From Octopus vulgaris (lineage: Eukaryota): 64,000 nt of DNA. The stretch's first letter is position 1. Each line of letters starts with the position of its first letter. The notes beneath the pieces were generated by a model. That model was not told the origin of the DNA and did not search any database. It worked only from the letters and a program-made list of their open reading frames with translations. This document shows, one piece after another, positions 53,244-64,000 of this stretch. The stretch spans positions 46,500,001 through 46,564,000 of the forward strand of contig OX597824.1 of the NCBI GenBank assembly GCA_951406725.2, in the 5' to 3' direction. A program made the position numbers and the translations under genes.

Positions 53244-54391
53244 TATTATTAGTGTTGCTTAATATGCTTTGCTAAAATTGCTGTTTCTTTTCAGATATCA
53301 TCAGAAAAAGGTAATTAAAATTCATTAAAATGACAGATTTATTGGACTTTCAAAGAGGTCAAATTGTTGGTGCAGATGCTAGCGTAACGAAAACTGCCGA
53401 AATGTTTGGTGTATCAAGAAGTACTGTCTCAAAAGTAATGACAGCCTTTGAGAAACCGAGAGAAACCTCCTCGTCGAAACAAAACTCCGGAAGAAAACCA
53501 AAACTTTCAGATAGGGACCGTTGGAGCTTACGTGAATTGTTAGAAAGGATCACAAAAGCACAGCTCCCAAAATTACTGCAGAGCTCAATGACTGCCTCAA
53601 GAACTCAATTTCCACAAAAACTGTTCACCAGGAGTTGCACGAAGCCGGATTTCATAGGAGGGCTGCAATCAGAAAACCACTACTTTCAAAAACAAGCGTT
53701 GCTAAGCGTTTTGAGTGGAGTAAAACCCTACAGAATTGGTCCTTAGAGCAGTGGAAGAATGTTATTTTCATGAATGGGTCATCCTTTACCTTATTTCTGA
53801 CTACCGATCAAGTATACATGTGGAGACAACCAAAAGAAGCATTTGACCCAGACTGCCTTCTTCCAACTGTTAAACATGGAGGAGGATCTGTGATGATCTG
53901 GGGGTGGGGTGGGGGGAGGCTATATCTTGGAAATTCATGGCAGAATTGATAGTCAATACTATTTTAGCATTTTATCTGATCAAATTCATCCTATGGTTAC
54001 GGAACTGTTTCCGCAGAGAGACACAATCTTTCAGAATGATAATGCATCAATTCACACAGCTAAAGTTGTTACTGAATGGCACGAGGAACATTCTAGTGAA
54101 GTTGAACAACTTATCTGGCCACCACAGTCCCCAGATCTCAATATTATTGAACATTTATTGTGCAATTTAGAAACAAACAAGTAAGGATTTGATATCTTCC
54201 ACCATCATCACTACAAGAACTGGAGACTGTTTTAGCTGAAGAATGGACAAAATTCCTTTGGAAACAAACTTTGTACAAGTCCATACCTCGTAGAATTCAA
54301 GCTGTAATTACTGCCAAAGGCGGTCCTACCCCATATTAGAATAACTTTGTTTGAAATTTTAATGTGTTTCCATTATTTTGTCCAACCCCTG
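53240..54391 (+). mobile_element. Tc1-family transposon, frameshifted transposase pseudogene with right TIR
   Basis: MTDLLDFQRGQIVG..TKTAEMFGVSRSTVSKV..SGRKPKLSDRD; LHEAGFHRRAAIRKPLLS..WKNVIF..PTVKHGGGSVMIWG; FQNDNASIHTA..WPPQSPDLNIIEHL. Ends cattattttgtccaacccctg followed by TA. Confidence 0.93.
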
Positions 54392-54451
54392 TATATACAT
54401 ATGTATATATGCAGGTATATGTATGTATCTGTATATACATGTATGCAATAT

Positions 54452-54509
<58 letters not shown>

Positions 54510-55104
54510 ATGCGTGCGTATGTGTGGTTGTGTGTGCGCGCGCGCGCGAATATTTAGGCTCGCTTACTAAAATAGATTGGATATTTAAACCAGATGTTTT
54601 TTCTCTGGCCAGAAAAAGATCGTCTGGTTTCAGCGTTTAATGTTTCTTACCCATTAATCAGCGATTGGTTACTAATTTTACTGGCCACTGAGAATTAGTA
54701 GCTTATAGTTATTTATAGTACATACAAAATCTGATGATTGGCAGAATAGTTAGAGCGTCGAACAAAATGCCTTGCAATATTTGTCCTTGCTCTTTACACT
54801 TAAATCTTGCCGAAATCAACTTTGACCCCTTCTAGCGGCAAGTACAAGACCAATGTCATTAACTGTTTCCTCCTCACAAATCTCTGCCTTGTGTCGATGT
54901 GAAATGGTCATTTACAGTATAGACAAACTGTCCTAAATTGCCTCATAGTGCAATCGTTGGCAGCGAGAATTGATTAACAGAAGCCTACGTAGCCTTTTGC
55001 AATAATTGGTATGAAAGAAAACTCATGCTAAGTACTTTCGGATTCAGAAGTTGATATTTTAATTATGCTATATGTTTTTGTTCTTTCTCAAACCGAGGAA
55101 AGAA

Positions 55105-55151
55105 GATCGACTTCAATAGTTTCAGCAATTTTTACCACCTCATCAGAGATC
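55105..55151 (-). ncRNA. Candidate type I hammerhead motif (wobble-rich stems)
   Basis: Minus strand GATCT-CTGATGA-GGTGGT-aaaa-ATTGCT-GAAA-CT-attga-AG-TC/GATC. Confidence 0.5.
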
Positions 55152-55450
55152 GGGTGTTTATTTCCTAAAAACACACAAAATAAGTATAATCTGTATCTCA
55201 GTTTATGTAAAACTCCACACAGTTTTTTCTAATATATAGGTATGTTTGTGTGCACGCATGTGCGTATGTATAGAAATATATATGTATGTCTATGTCTGTA
55301 TGTATATATGTCTGTGTGTTTGCGCGTGCGTGTGATGTGTGCGTTTGTATATATGTACGTATAATATGTATATACATATACATACATATACACACGTGTA
55401 TGGATAAATGCATAGGTAGACAGACAGACAGACAGATACATACATACATA

Positions 55451-56235
55451 CACGATGTTGTAGCTAGGACACTATATAATGAAATCTGTCGGAAGAATAA
55501 CCCCAGGGACAAAGAAATAAGAACCCGCAGTATGCTAAAAGTCATAGCTACACATAATAAAAAGGGGTGCTGGTGGAATATCCCAGTGAAAACCTCAATT
55601 TGCACAACAGACCTGATATAATGATTTGGGATAGAGAAGAGAAACTGTGTACAGTTGTCGAAATTAGCTGCCCAGTGGATGTTAACATAAAGCTGAAGAT
55701 TAGTGAAAAAGACAATACCTATGCCAAACTTTTGAGAAATCTGCAGTTACTCTATCCAGATTACAAGTTCAGGTTTTTGCTTGTAATTATTGGGGCACTG
55801 AGATATGTAGCACACTACCTAAATAACAATCTTGAAAAATTAGGCTTCTCAAAACCAGAAAGGAGAAAGCTGATTCGAAGGCTACCGATCTAATCCATCA
55901 TTTGAACTGTAAAAATCTGTAAAACTTTCCAGAGGTTTATCACTTAAGTATATATGAGCATGTCTAGATATGCAACGATATGCATGAGAAGGCATACATA
56001 AGATAAAACAGACAAATCTGCGCGTATACATATATACATACATGCATACATACATACATTCATACATACATACATACATACATACATACATACATACATA
56101 CATACATACACACACACACAAAAATATACCCTCTTGTTGATGTTAAAATTTAAACGAAGGAGCCTTGGATCTAGGTTAGAAACCGGCTCTTTCTCTGTTG
56201 GCAAGAAATCTTGAAATAAAACTGAATAATGACAT
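55451..56235 (+). mobile_element. RLE-type (R4/Dong-like) LINE 3' fragment associated with (ACAT)n
   Basis: HDVVARTLYNEICRK..WWNIPVKT..HNRPDIMIWDREEKLCTVVEISCPVDVNIKLKISEKDNTYAKLLRNLQLLYPDYKFRF..IIGAL. 3' UTR gttagaaaccggctc is shared with 48435. Confidence 0.85.
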
Positions 56236-56744
56236 ACATGCCGGCATGCATCCATGAATCCATATATATATATATATGTGTTTGCATGTTTGCCTACTCG
56301 TGTCTGTATTTATGTAAAACCGTCGTTTCGTATAAAAACGTGATTCGACAAATATAGATGATAGAATATACACCAAACTGAGTATATATCAGGGAGATAT
56401 ACTGGACAAAATCCCTTGAAGGCAGAGGCCCAGCGTAGCCTTTGTCAAATGACTGAAACCAACATCGGAATAGAAAAAGAGGATACATAGAAAAACACAC
56501 GTATACAAACTTACATACAAAAATTTTCACGCATGCGCAGGAAGAGTAGTGTCACCTTCCTCCCGAAAGATTTTGTCCACGCAACATTAGTTTCGGCGGG
56601 AAATAATAAAGTCGGATACATTACGTATTAAAAAATCGCAGTTTGAGCCATTGACGGAAATGTAATAATGTGCGAAACCTTCCAGAAATTTAGCTTATAG
56701 AATGTACACGGGCGCACATGTAAAGGAACAAAAATATTGCTTCC

Positions 56745-57165
56745 ATGTATACATACACACATACATACGCACATACATACATACATACATACATACATAC
56801 ATACATACATACATACATACATACATACATACATACATACATGCATACATACATACATACATACATACATACATACATACATACATACATACATAAACAC
56901 ATACACACATACATACATGCATACATACATACATACATACATGCATACATACATACATACATACATACATACATACATACATGCATGCATACATACATGC
57001 ATACATACATACATACATACATACATACATGCATGCATACATGCATACATACATACATACATACATACATACATACATACATACATACATACATACATAC
57101 ATACTTACATACATGCATACATACTTACATAGACACATGCACACATACATACATGCATACATACA
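56745..57165. repeat. (ACAT)n microsatellite, ~420 bp
   Basis: Directly visible. Confidence 0.97.
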
Positions 57166-57539
57166 TGGTGGAAGTCAACTCGCAGCCGAGTAAAACGACT
57201 TCCCAAATGCACTAAGTCCGTGAAAACGTTCAGAGAGTCCAAGAAGTTTCTCTGCGGGAATTTGTATTGACTGGATAAAGTATTGCAGAATACTGACTTA
57301 ACTTTTCAGCGCAGTAGCTATAAAACCAGTGGCGATTAACCTATAGTTGGGACCCTAACTGGTGCTACTACACCGGGTCAGAGTAGACTTGAGAACAATA
57401 GTTGCTAAGAGGTGATTCCACACTCTTCAATCTCAGAACTTCCGTACACTGGTCGAACTTCCGGATGCAGTTTAAAGTCATACCCGGGATATTAACAGCT
57501 TTAAAAATAAGGAACATGCGAATAAAAACAGCAATTTGG

Positions 57540-58255
57540 TGCAAACATAACAGAGAAACTATTGTTTTGTAGGTGAGGGTACAAATGTTATACACTGTTG
57601 TAGAGGTGAGCTACCCAGCGGATATGAATGTACAATCAAAAATATAAGAAAACGTGAACATTTATGGTGAATTAATGTGGAACTTAGAGCTCTTGTACCC
57701 AAGCTATTTGTACATACAATCATGGATACATTAGGCTATGTACCAACAACTTTACACAAAACCCTAGAAATACCAGGTTTTTCGAAGAAAGAGCAAAAGA
57801 AACTGACGCAGATTCTCCAAATCCAATCTATTCTTTTCTACTCTAGACACAAGGCCCGAAATTTTGAAAGGAGGGGGCCAGTCGATTAGATCGACCCCAG
57901 TACGCAACTGGTACTTAAGGATGAAAGGCAAAGTCAACCTCAGAATGTAAAGGGAGATAAAATACCGCTAAGCAATTGTCTCGGCGTACTAACGATTCTG
58001 CCAGCTCACCGCCTCTCCAAATCCAATCTATTAGCGGCATTGTGAAGATTTGTAAGACATTCCAAAGATTCTCCATCTGAGATTCTTTAGATGTATAGAT
58101 GCACACACTTGGAAATGTACATCGACAGTTCAAGCAGCACACCAACTCAACTACATATTTACAAACACCGGGTACTCTCTTAACTCAAAAGTCTTGTTTT
58201 GTTAGCGACTGGCCTGAACTCTCTCAAGATCTTAATTAAAACTCAAAAGGAAAAC
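57540..58255 (+). mobile_element. Third RLE-type LINE 3' fragment, interrupted by a SINE B and followed by (ACAT)n
   Basis: CKHNRETIVL..TVVEVSYPADMNV..LELLYP..IMDTLGYVP..LEIPGFSKKEQKKL..LQIQSI|SINE|SGIVKICKTFQRF. Confidence 0.7.
57833..58013 (-). mobile_element. SINE family B with 19 bp target-site duplication
   Basis: TCTCCAAATCCAATCTATT occurs at 57814-57832 and 58014-58032. Confidence 0.9.
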
Positions 58256-58685
58256 ATACATACATACATACATACATACATACATACATACATACATACA
58301 TACATACATACATACATACATTCATACATACATACATAGAGGTTGAGGACGTCATCTATGAGGGATCCACCAATAAGGAGAGAAAAAGTAATGAGTACCT
58401 GCTTAATTCATAAGCTGCAAATGATCACATTATCTGGGACAATAAATATAAAAAATCTGCAACACTTTCTGAAAATTTAAAGGGTAAGGGATAAAATAAG
58501 ATGCTTTCCTTCACATCCTTGTTACAAAGTAGGCGTCCGGTCAAAATCAACTCTAAATTAAAAAGAGGAAAAGAAAATACGCTTGCAAACACACATTCAT
58601 GTTTACATACATAACACACAGCCACACACATGCATACATTCATACAAACATACATATACAATAATACATACATACATTCATACAT

Positions 58686-58725
<40 letters not shown>

Positions 58726-58944
58726 CCACCCACACATGCACACACACACATTCATACATAAATACATGCGTGCCATGTCTGAATACCTAGTGAATAGAGC
58801 AGTGAACTAAATTCTTTATTGTATAAGTCTTCCTCAACGTTTTCTGTTCACAGTGCAAATGACGCCAAGCTCCGAAAGATATATACGAATAATAATATTC
58901 TATGTCACTCAATCGACTTTTCTATTCTCTTATACAAACTGTCA

Positions 58945-59290
58945 ATAGGAATCATGTGGGTGACTGGCAAAAAGGGTTAGGGTGAGCGGTCCTACTCTAT
59001 GCATGCACCTGTACAGCTGTTGGGCAGAGGGTTCATGTCTTTAGCGACAAGGGTGAACCTGGAACCGTGGGGTTACTTGATTAATCCCCGTATCAGGAGG
59101 ACTACATCGTTTATGAGTTCCCATATTGTATACACTATGGATACTTTTATCTCTTTTCACCTTCTTTTCTCTTTCTTTTCTTTCATCTTTTATATAAAAC
59201 CCACACGCAAATTGTAAACTGTCCTTGTAATGTCCACCTCATCTGATGTCCCTGTGGCAAATAAAAGAAACCATTATCATCATCGTCGTC
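58945..59290 (+). mobile_element. L1/Tx1-like LINE 3' end
   Basis: WVTGKRVRVSGPTLCMHL parallels WVNVARIARVNRPTL. Ends gtccctgtggcaaataaaagaaa followed by a trinucleotide tail. Confidence 0.5.
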
Positions 59291-59590
59291 GTCGTCGTCG
59301 TCGTCGTTATCATTTTGCTCTATATCCTACATGAAATGAACATAATTACATGTTATTGAAATCTGCTCGAAAATAGAACTGCAGTTATTGTTTGCCTGAA
59401 CGGATGACTGCTTTAATGTTTCCAATGGATGACTGCAGCTTTCTCTTATATATTCTAAATGCAATATAGGAATAGATAGACAGACAGACAGGCAGACAGA
59501 CATGTTGGCATATATATATATATATTATATGTTCTTTTGTTCTTCATATACATTTCAGCCGAAATGCTGTGGCCATGCTGGAGCCAGTTG

Positions 59591-59656
<66 letters not shown>

Positions 59657-60109
59657 AAGATAGATTCTCATGCATATCATCCCCCACACAATCATAATCT
59701 ACAGACCAAAAGGGTACATTCTGGTCAATATACACATAAAAAGATATTATATATGCAAGTCATAGTTCCTAATTTAGGCGCAAGGCCAATAATTTTTGAG
59801 ATGGGACGGTAAATCGATCGATGCCATCGATCTTTGTAGATGACTGGTCCTGTACTTTATTGACCCACCCCAAGAAGGGACGAAAGTTGAATTTGACTTC
59901 TACGGGATTTGAACTCAGGAAGAAATACGGCAAAGCATTTTCCCGACGTTCTGCCAGCACACCCTCATTATGCATGTAAATAATAAGACGTCATCAAGGT
60001 CTCTAGGAAAAAATTTCAAGCCAGAGAATGTCTAAATAGGGCCACAAAGGATTTCCTCTCAAAATTCAAGGGGGTTATCAGTAATTTTTTGTTTTTTATT
60101 GAGGGTTTT

Positions 60110-60420
60110 GTCATATACTCACAGGTATCCTCCTTGGATGTCACTGCTCTGGATTGAGATACCGGCTAAATTATCCTCTGTTAGGTCCTGGATATGATGG
60201 TTATGGTATTGGCCATTGATCATAGGTGTGTTCAACTGCAGTTTGTCCAGGATTGAATAACAGAGGACAACGACGAACATATTTGTGAGGAAATTCCAGA
60301 GAGTTTAGTTGTGGGAAGGAATGACTTAGCAAATGGTTTGGTTGCAGGGACTTGGGAAAGATAAACTAAGAATGATGAGTTGTATCGTGTCGGGAGAAGT
60401 TTGGGGTAAATAACAGCTTT
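60110..60420 (-). mobile_element. CR1/L2-like LINE 3' relic
   Basis: Minus strand, with a frameshift: KPFAKSFLPTT..LWNFL, resembling the 'SF.PRT..LWNSLP' C-terminal motif. Confidence 0.35.
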
Positions 60421-60439
60421 GCTACTTCACAGCAGCAAC

Positions 60440-60510
<71 letters not shown>
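60440..60510. repeat. (TAG)n microsatellite
   Basis: Directly visible. Confidence 0.95.
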
Positions 60511-63500
60511 AAACTTTATATCTATGAGCGTGGTTGTAGCATGTTGAGTCTTTACCAAAACAGTAGGATGGATTTCTTTTTTGCTTACTCTTGAATAATG
60601 TTCACTAAGTTTATGTCATCTTAACTGATCGGAAGTGTCATCATGTACATTGTTTTGTTTTGGTATAAAAAGATGGTCTACAGCAAATATTCTGCTCAAT
60701 ACCACAGATTTGCTTATCAGTTGTTTGACTTTAATCAGTTGAACATGTCAGTTAGTGGCTGACGATATGTGCATCTCTGATCACGAGCAGAAGTAGTGGG
60801 GGAGCATCATAGCCATGTGTTGAAAGGAATTCTTAGAGGTTTGGATAATTCACCTTTGGAAATATGGCTGTTTCGTACAACATCCTTAAACAACCCTTAT
60901 TCAGGGACCTTTTGAGCGGGATGGGCTGCTCGACCTGAAGAAAATTCTAACTGGGCTCCACCTTCAAGGTCATGCGCTGTTTATCTTGGTATGAGATCAC
61001 CATGTCGCACACATATGGTTGTGATGTATGTGCCTGGTGTATCCTTATCAGACACGTAATCAGAATGGGTATACTGGGCTACGTATATTTGTATCCCAGT
61101 GTCACTTTGATGACGTGCACTGCTTTCTCAATAATAATAACAATGTTATGGCGTAAGGCATCAGTTGCGCATTGTGATTGTACCCATGATACAAAAGGTC
61201 CAGTATCTTGTTGCAAGTAAGTACTGTCCTAAGCAGTGGTTGCGCTGTAAAATGTTGATGTTTCATTAAATTAGAGACGTATGGGCTTTGTTAAGCTGAC
61301 TATATGCTCTATATGAAGATAAGACTATTAGTTGTACCCATATGGCTCAATAGACAATAGGACTTGCAGATATCACAATCGCATATTTAGATACCCATTC
61401 CAAGTAGTTTATATAGAATGATGTTTGACATATGCTTGATAGGACTGACTGCACTGTATCGATATTGGTAATTAATTTATCGACTCGACTGATAAATGAT
61501 CTGATGGAGTTTGATCTGGAAATAGATCAGATTTGATACAATAATGAATTTAATGGAAATTAATAGGTTTCTCAAGAAGCGTGACGATTCGGTAATCCAC
61601 CGTATGTAATAGAATTCTCTCTAATTTTGATACTAGGGAAGGTGGAAACTCGATAACATCAACCCTAGCACTTGACTGGTACTAACTTTATCGGTCCTGA
61701 AAGGATGAAAGGTATAGTTGACCTCGGTGGAATTTGAACTCAGAACGAAAAGGCCGGAAAGATATATTTTTTCCGATGCGCTAACGATTCTGCCAGATAG
61801 CCGTATGTGATATAAGAAAAGTGATAGTAAACCGTTGGCATTGGTGTTTAGCTCCCAGGCCAGTTCTGGTTGAGTAAAGATTTGACCAAAGACATTTCAA
61901 CCGTGATCATCCTGTCTTGTAATCAAGAATTATTCAATATGTTCAAGTATCAGTTGGTTACATTGAAAGTTGCTATCAAAATTACAGCGATGAAGCTTTA
62001 TCAGATTTTGTTTTTTGCTGTTTATTTTTCAATCTTTGTTGTTTCTTTTTTTGTTAGAAACCAGTTTTTTCTGTTATTGGAAGAATTCAAATAATTAAAA
62101 AGATAACAAACATATGGTAAGGGAAGAGGAAAGGAAGGAAAATATATGTGTATGTGTGTGTGTGTATTTGCATGGATATATAAAGAATGAGTGAGTGATT
62201 GAGTGAGTGTGAGTGACAGAGAGAAGGGGGAGACTTAATTACGCTCCTTGTTTATAAGAATTTACCAAAGAAGCAATAAAACAATAAACCCCCGAGATAC
62301 ATGAGCAGAATGGTGATTGAGAAGAAAATAAAATAGCTATTGACAACTTGCTTCAGGATAATGATTTCACATTGAGGAACTATGAATGAAACAAGTGTCT
62401 TGCTCAAGAATGCAAGGTATTCCATTATGAACGGAACAGGTGTCTTGCTCTCAGACGCTAGATATTCCTTGCAATCGCATACGAAATCGTGGAACCAGGT
62501 TGTTATGACTCAAATATTTGGTTGTTGTTGTGATAGTGGTGGCGGCGTTGGGTGTTGTTACTTGTTCTGTGACTTCAAGTCGGTCCTAGTCAAACCGACC
62601 CGTAGCACGACGTAGATTGAAAGCGAAACGACCGGGTTCGATGTACACAGACTTCTCAATCAAGTGCTATGAATTTGTGAAACGAATCTTTATCGTCTTG
62701 CTAGTTTTCCAAAAGTAATAGTTGGCTGCTATTTTTAGCAGTTTAAGTGACCATATACAGGCTCCTTCATTGATTGCCTGTAGGGATGGTTTCCTAAGTC
62801 GATAGGAATAATCTCAGAAAAGTTGGTAGAATGTCTGTGAGCATTTTGTCCGTAGAAGAAATGCAAAACTGAAGACACAATACTGCCCCGGAGAGGATTA
62901 TATGAGACCCTACTACAATGTTTCTTAACCTGTTTTCTGTACCCCACTCTTATCAGTTCACAATTCCGATTTCATCTCACGCTTACCCAAATGTAGAACT
63001 GCACACAACACAGTTTATTGCATGACATTAATTTCGTTAGATTAATTAAACAGTATCATCATCAAAAAGCAACATTAAAAGTAATAAGTCTAGCAAAAAT
63101 GATAATGGATAATAAAAATAATTTTCCAACCTGAAACCAAATTTCCCCACTCGAGTCCTAAAGATTTTCTTCAGATTAGAGCAGAGGAAATTTCTTCCAT
63201 ATTAAAAAATGAGATTTCAGACCAGTCATGGGCAAATTACGACCCGTGGGATTTTCTTAATGGTTCGCTAAACGAAAACTCATCTTGAACTTTTTAGTTG
63301 TGCGACCCACCTGATGACGTACCACGTCTCACTAACAGGTTTCTCATGCTTGCATTAGGTACTCAACCTTTGCAGTTTAAGCTCCCCCTTTTCAGACATA
63401 AATTCCAAAGGAGCCGAAACCAGAATTAGTTACCTCCTTTAGAGTTTTGCTTCACCAACACAAAGCATTTAAGACACCAGCGTCCCAACAAGGGAGACTA

Positions 63501-63629
63501 CGTTGTCGAAATATCTACAAGAAATAGAAACAAATAATTTTCTAAAATAAACAAATAATGCCCTTTTTAGTATTATGCTCTTTTTATAATGTATAATGCC
63601 CGTTTTAGTATTGTCATTGTTATTGGAAA

Positions 63630-64000
63630 GGCAGCAAGTTGGCAGAATAGTTAGCACGCCGGGCAAAATGCTTAGCGGCATTTCGTCCGTTTTTATATTC
63701 TGAGTTCAAATTCCGCCGAGGTCGACTTTGCCTCTCATCCTTTGGAGATCGATAAATTAAGTACCAGTTGAGTACTGGGGTCGATGTAATCGACTATCCT
63801 CCTCCCACAAATTCCAGGCCTTGTGCCTATAGTAGAAAGGATCATTATTATCATTGGAGACAAATAAGGCGGTGAGTTGGCAGAATCGTTAGCACGCCGG
63901 TACTGATAAGCATTTTGTCCGATGGGCAAACGATTGTACGTTCTGAGTTCAAATACCGCTGAGGTCGATTTTACTTTTCAACCCTTCGGGATCGATACAA
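63630..64000 (+). mobile_element. Two tandem SINE family B copies (second runs off the window)
   Basis: ggcagcaagttggcagaatagttagcacgccgggc...gaggtcgactttgcctctcatcctttgg.. at 63630-63845, and a second copy from 63868. Confidence 0.88.

Noticed and set aside
56628-57215. MYVC/HTYI-repeat ORFs
   Set aside because: (ACAT)n microsatellite translations.
63222-63320. hAT-like left terminus (cagtcatgggcaaattacgacccgtggg)
   Set aside because: No matching right TIR or coding relic could be identified.

Overview
AT-rich, extremely microsatellite- and retroposon-dense animal genomic DNA. It is very probably octopus/cephalopod, inferred from the tRNA-derived SINE families and the (TA)n/(TACA)n/(CA)n load. 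One intact protein-coding gene is evident: a minus-strand small heat-shock protein with two alpha-crystallin domains (p40/major-egg-antigen type, 319 aa, CDS 6840..5881), whose coding exon is preceded by a splice acceptor. The rest is repeats: several SINE families, Tc1 and hAT transposase relics, Helitron-like non-autonomous elements, R4/Dong-like, Tx1/L1, RTE and CR1/L2 LINE fragments, and a 5S rRNA-derived copy. The most striking signal is a set of Penelope-like/fold-back elements, mostly inserted in (TA)n tracts, carrying type I hammerhead ribozyme motifs. Three are long inverted repeats with a hammerhead on each strand (2.8-3.8 kb, 15.4-15.7 kb, 30.9-32.5 kb), and several more degenerate motifs belong to other families. 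A second notable signal is an RLE-type LINE family repeatedly associated with (ACAT)n microsatellites. Almost all listed ORFs are microsatellite artefacts. Repeat boundaries are approximate and read by eye.
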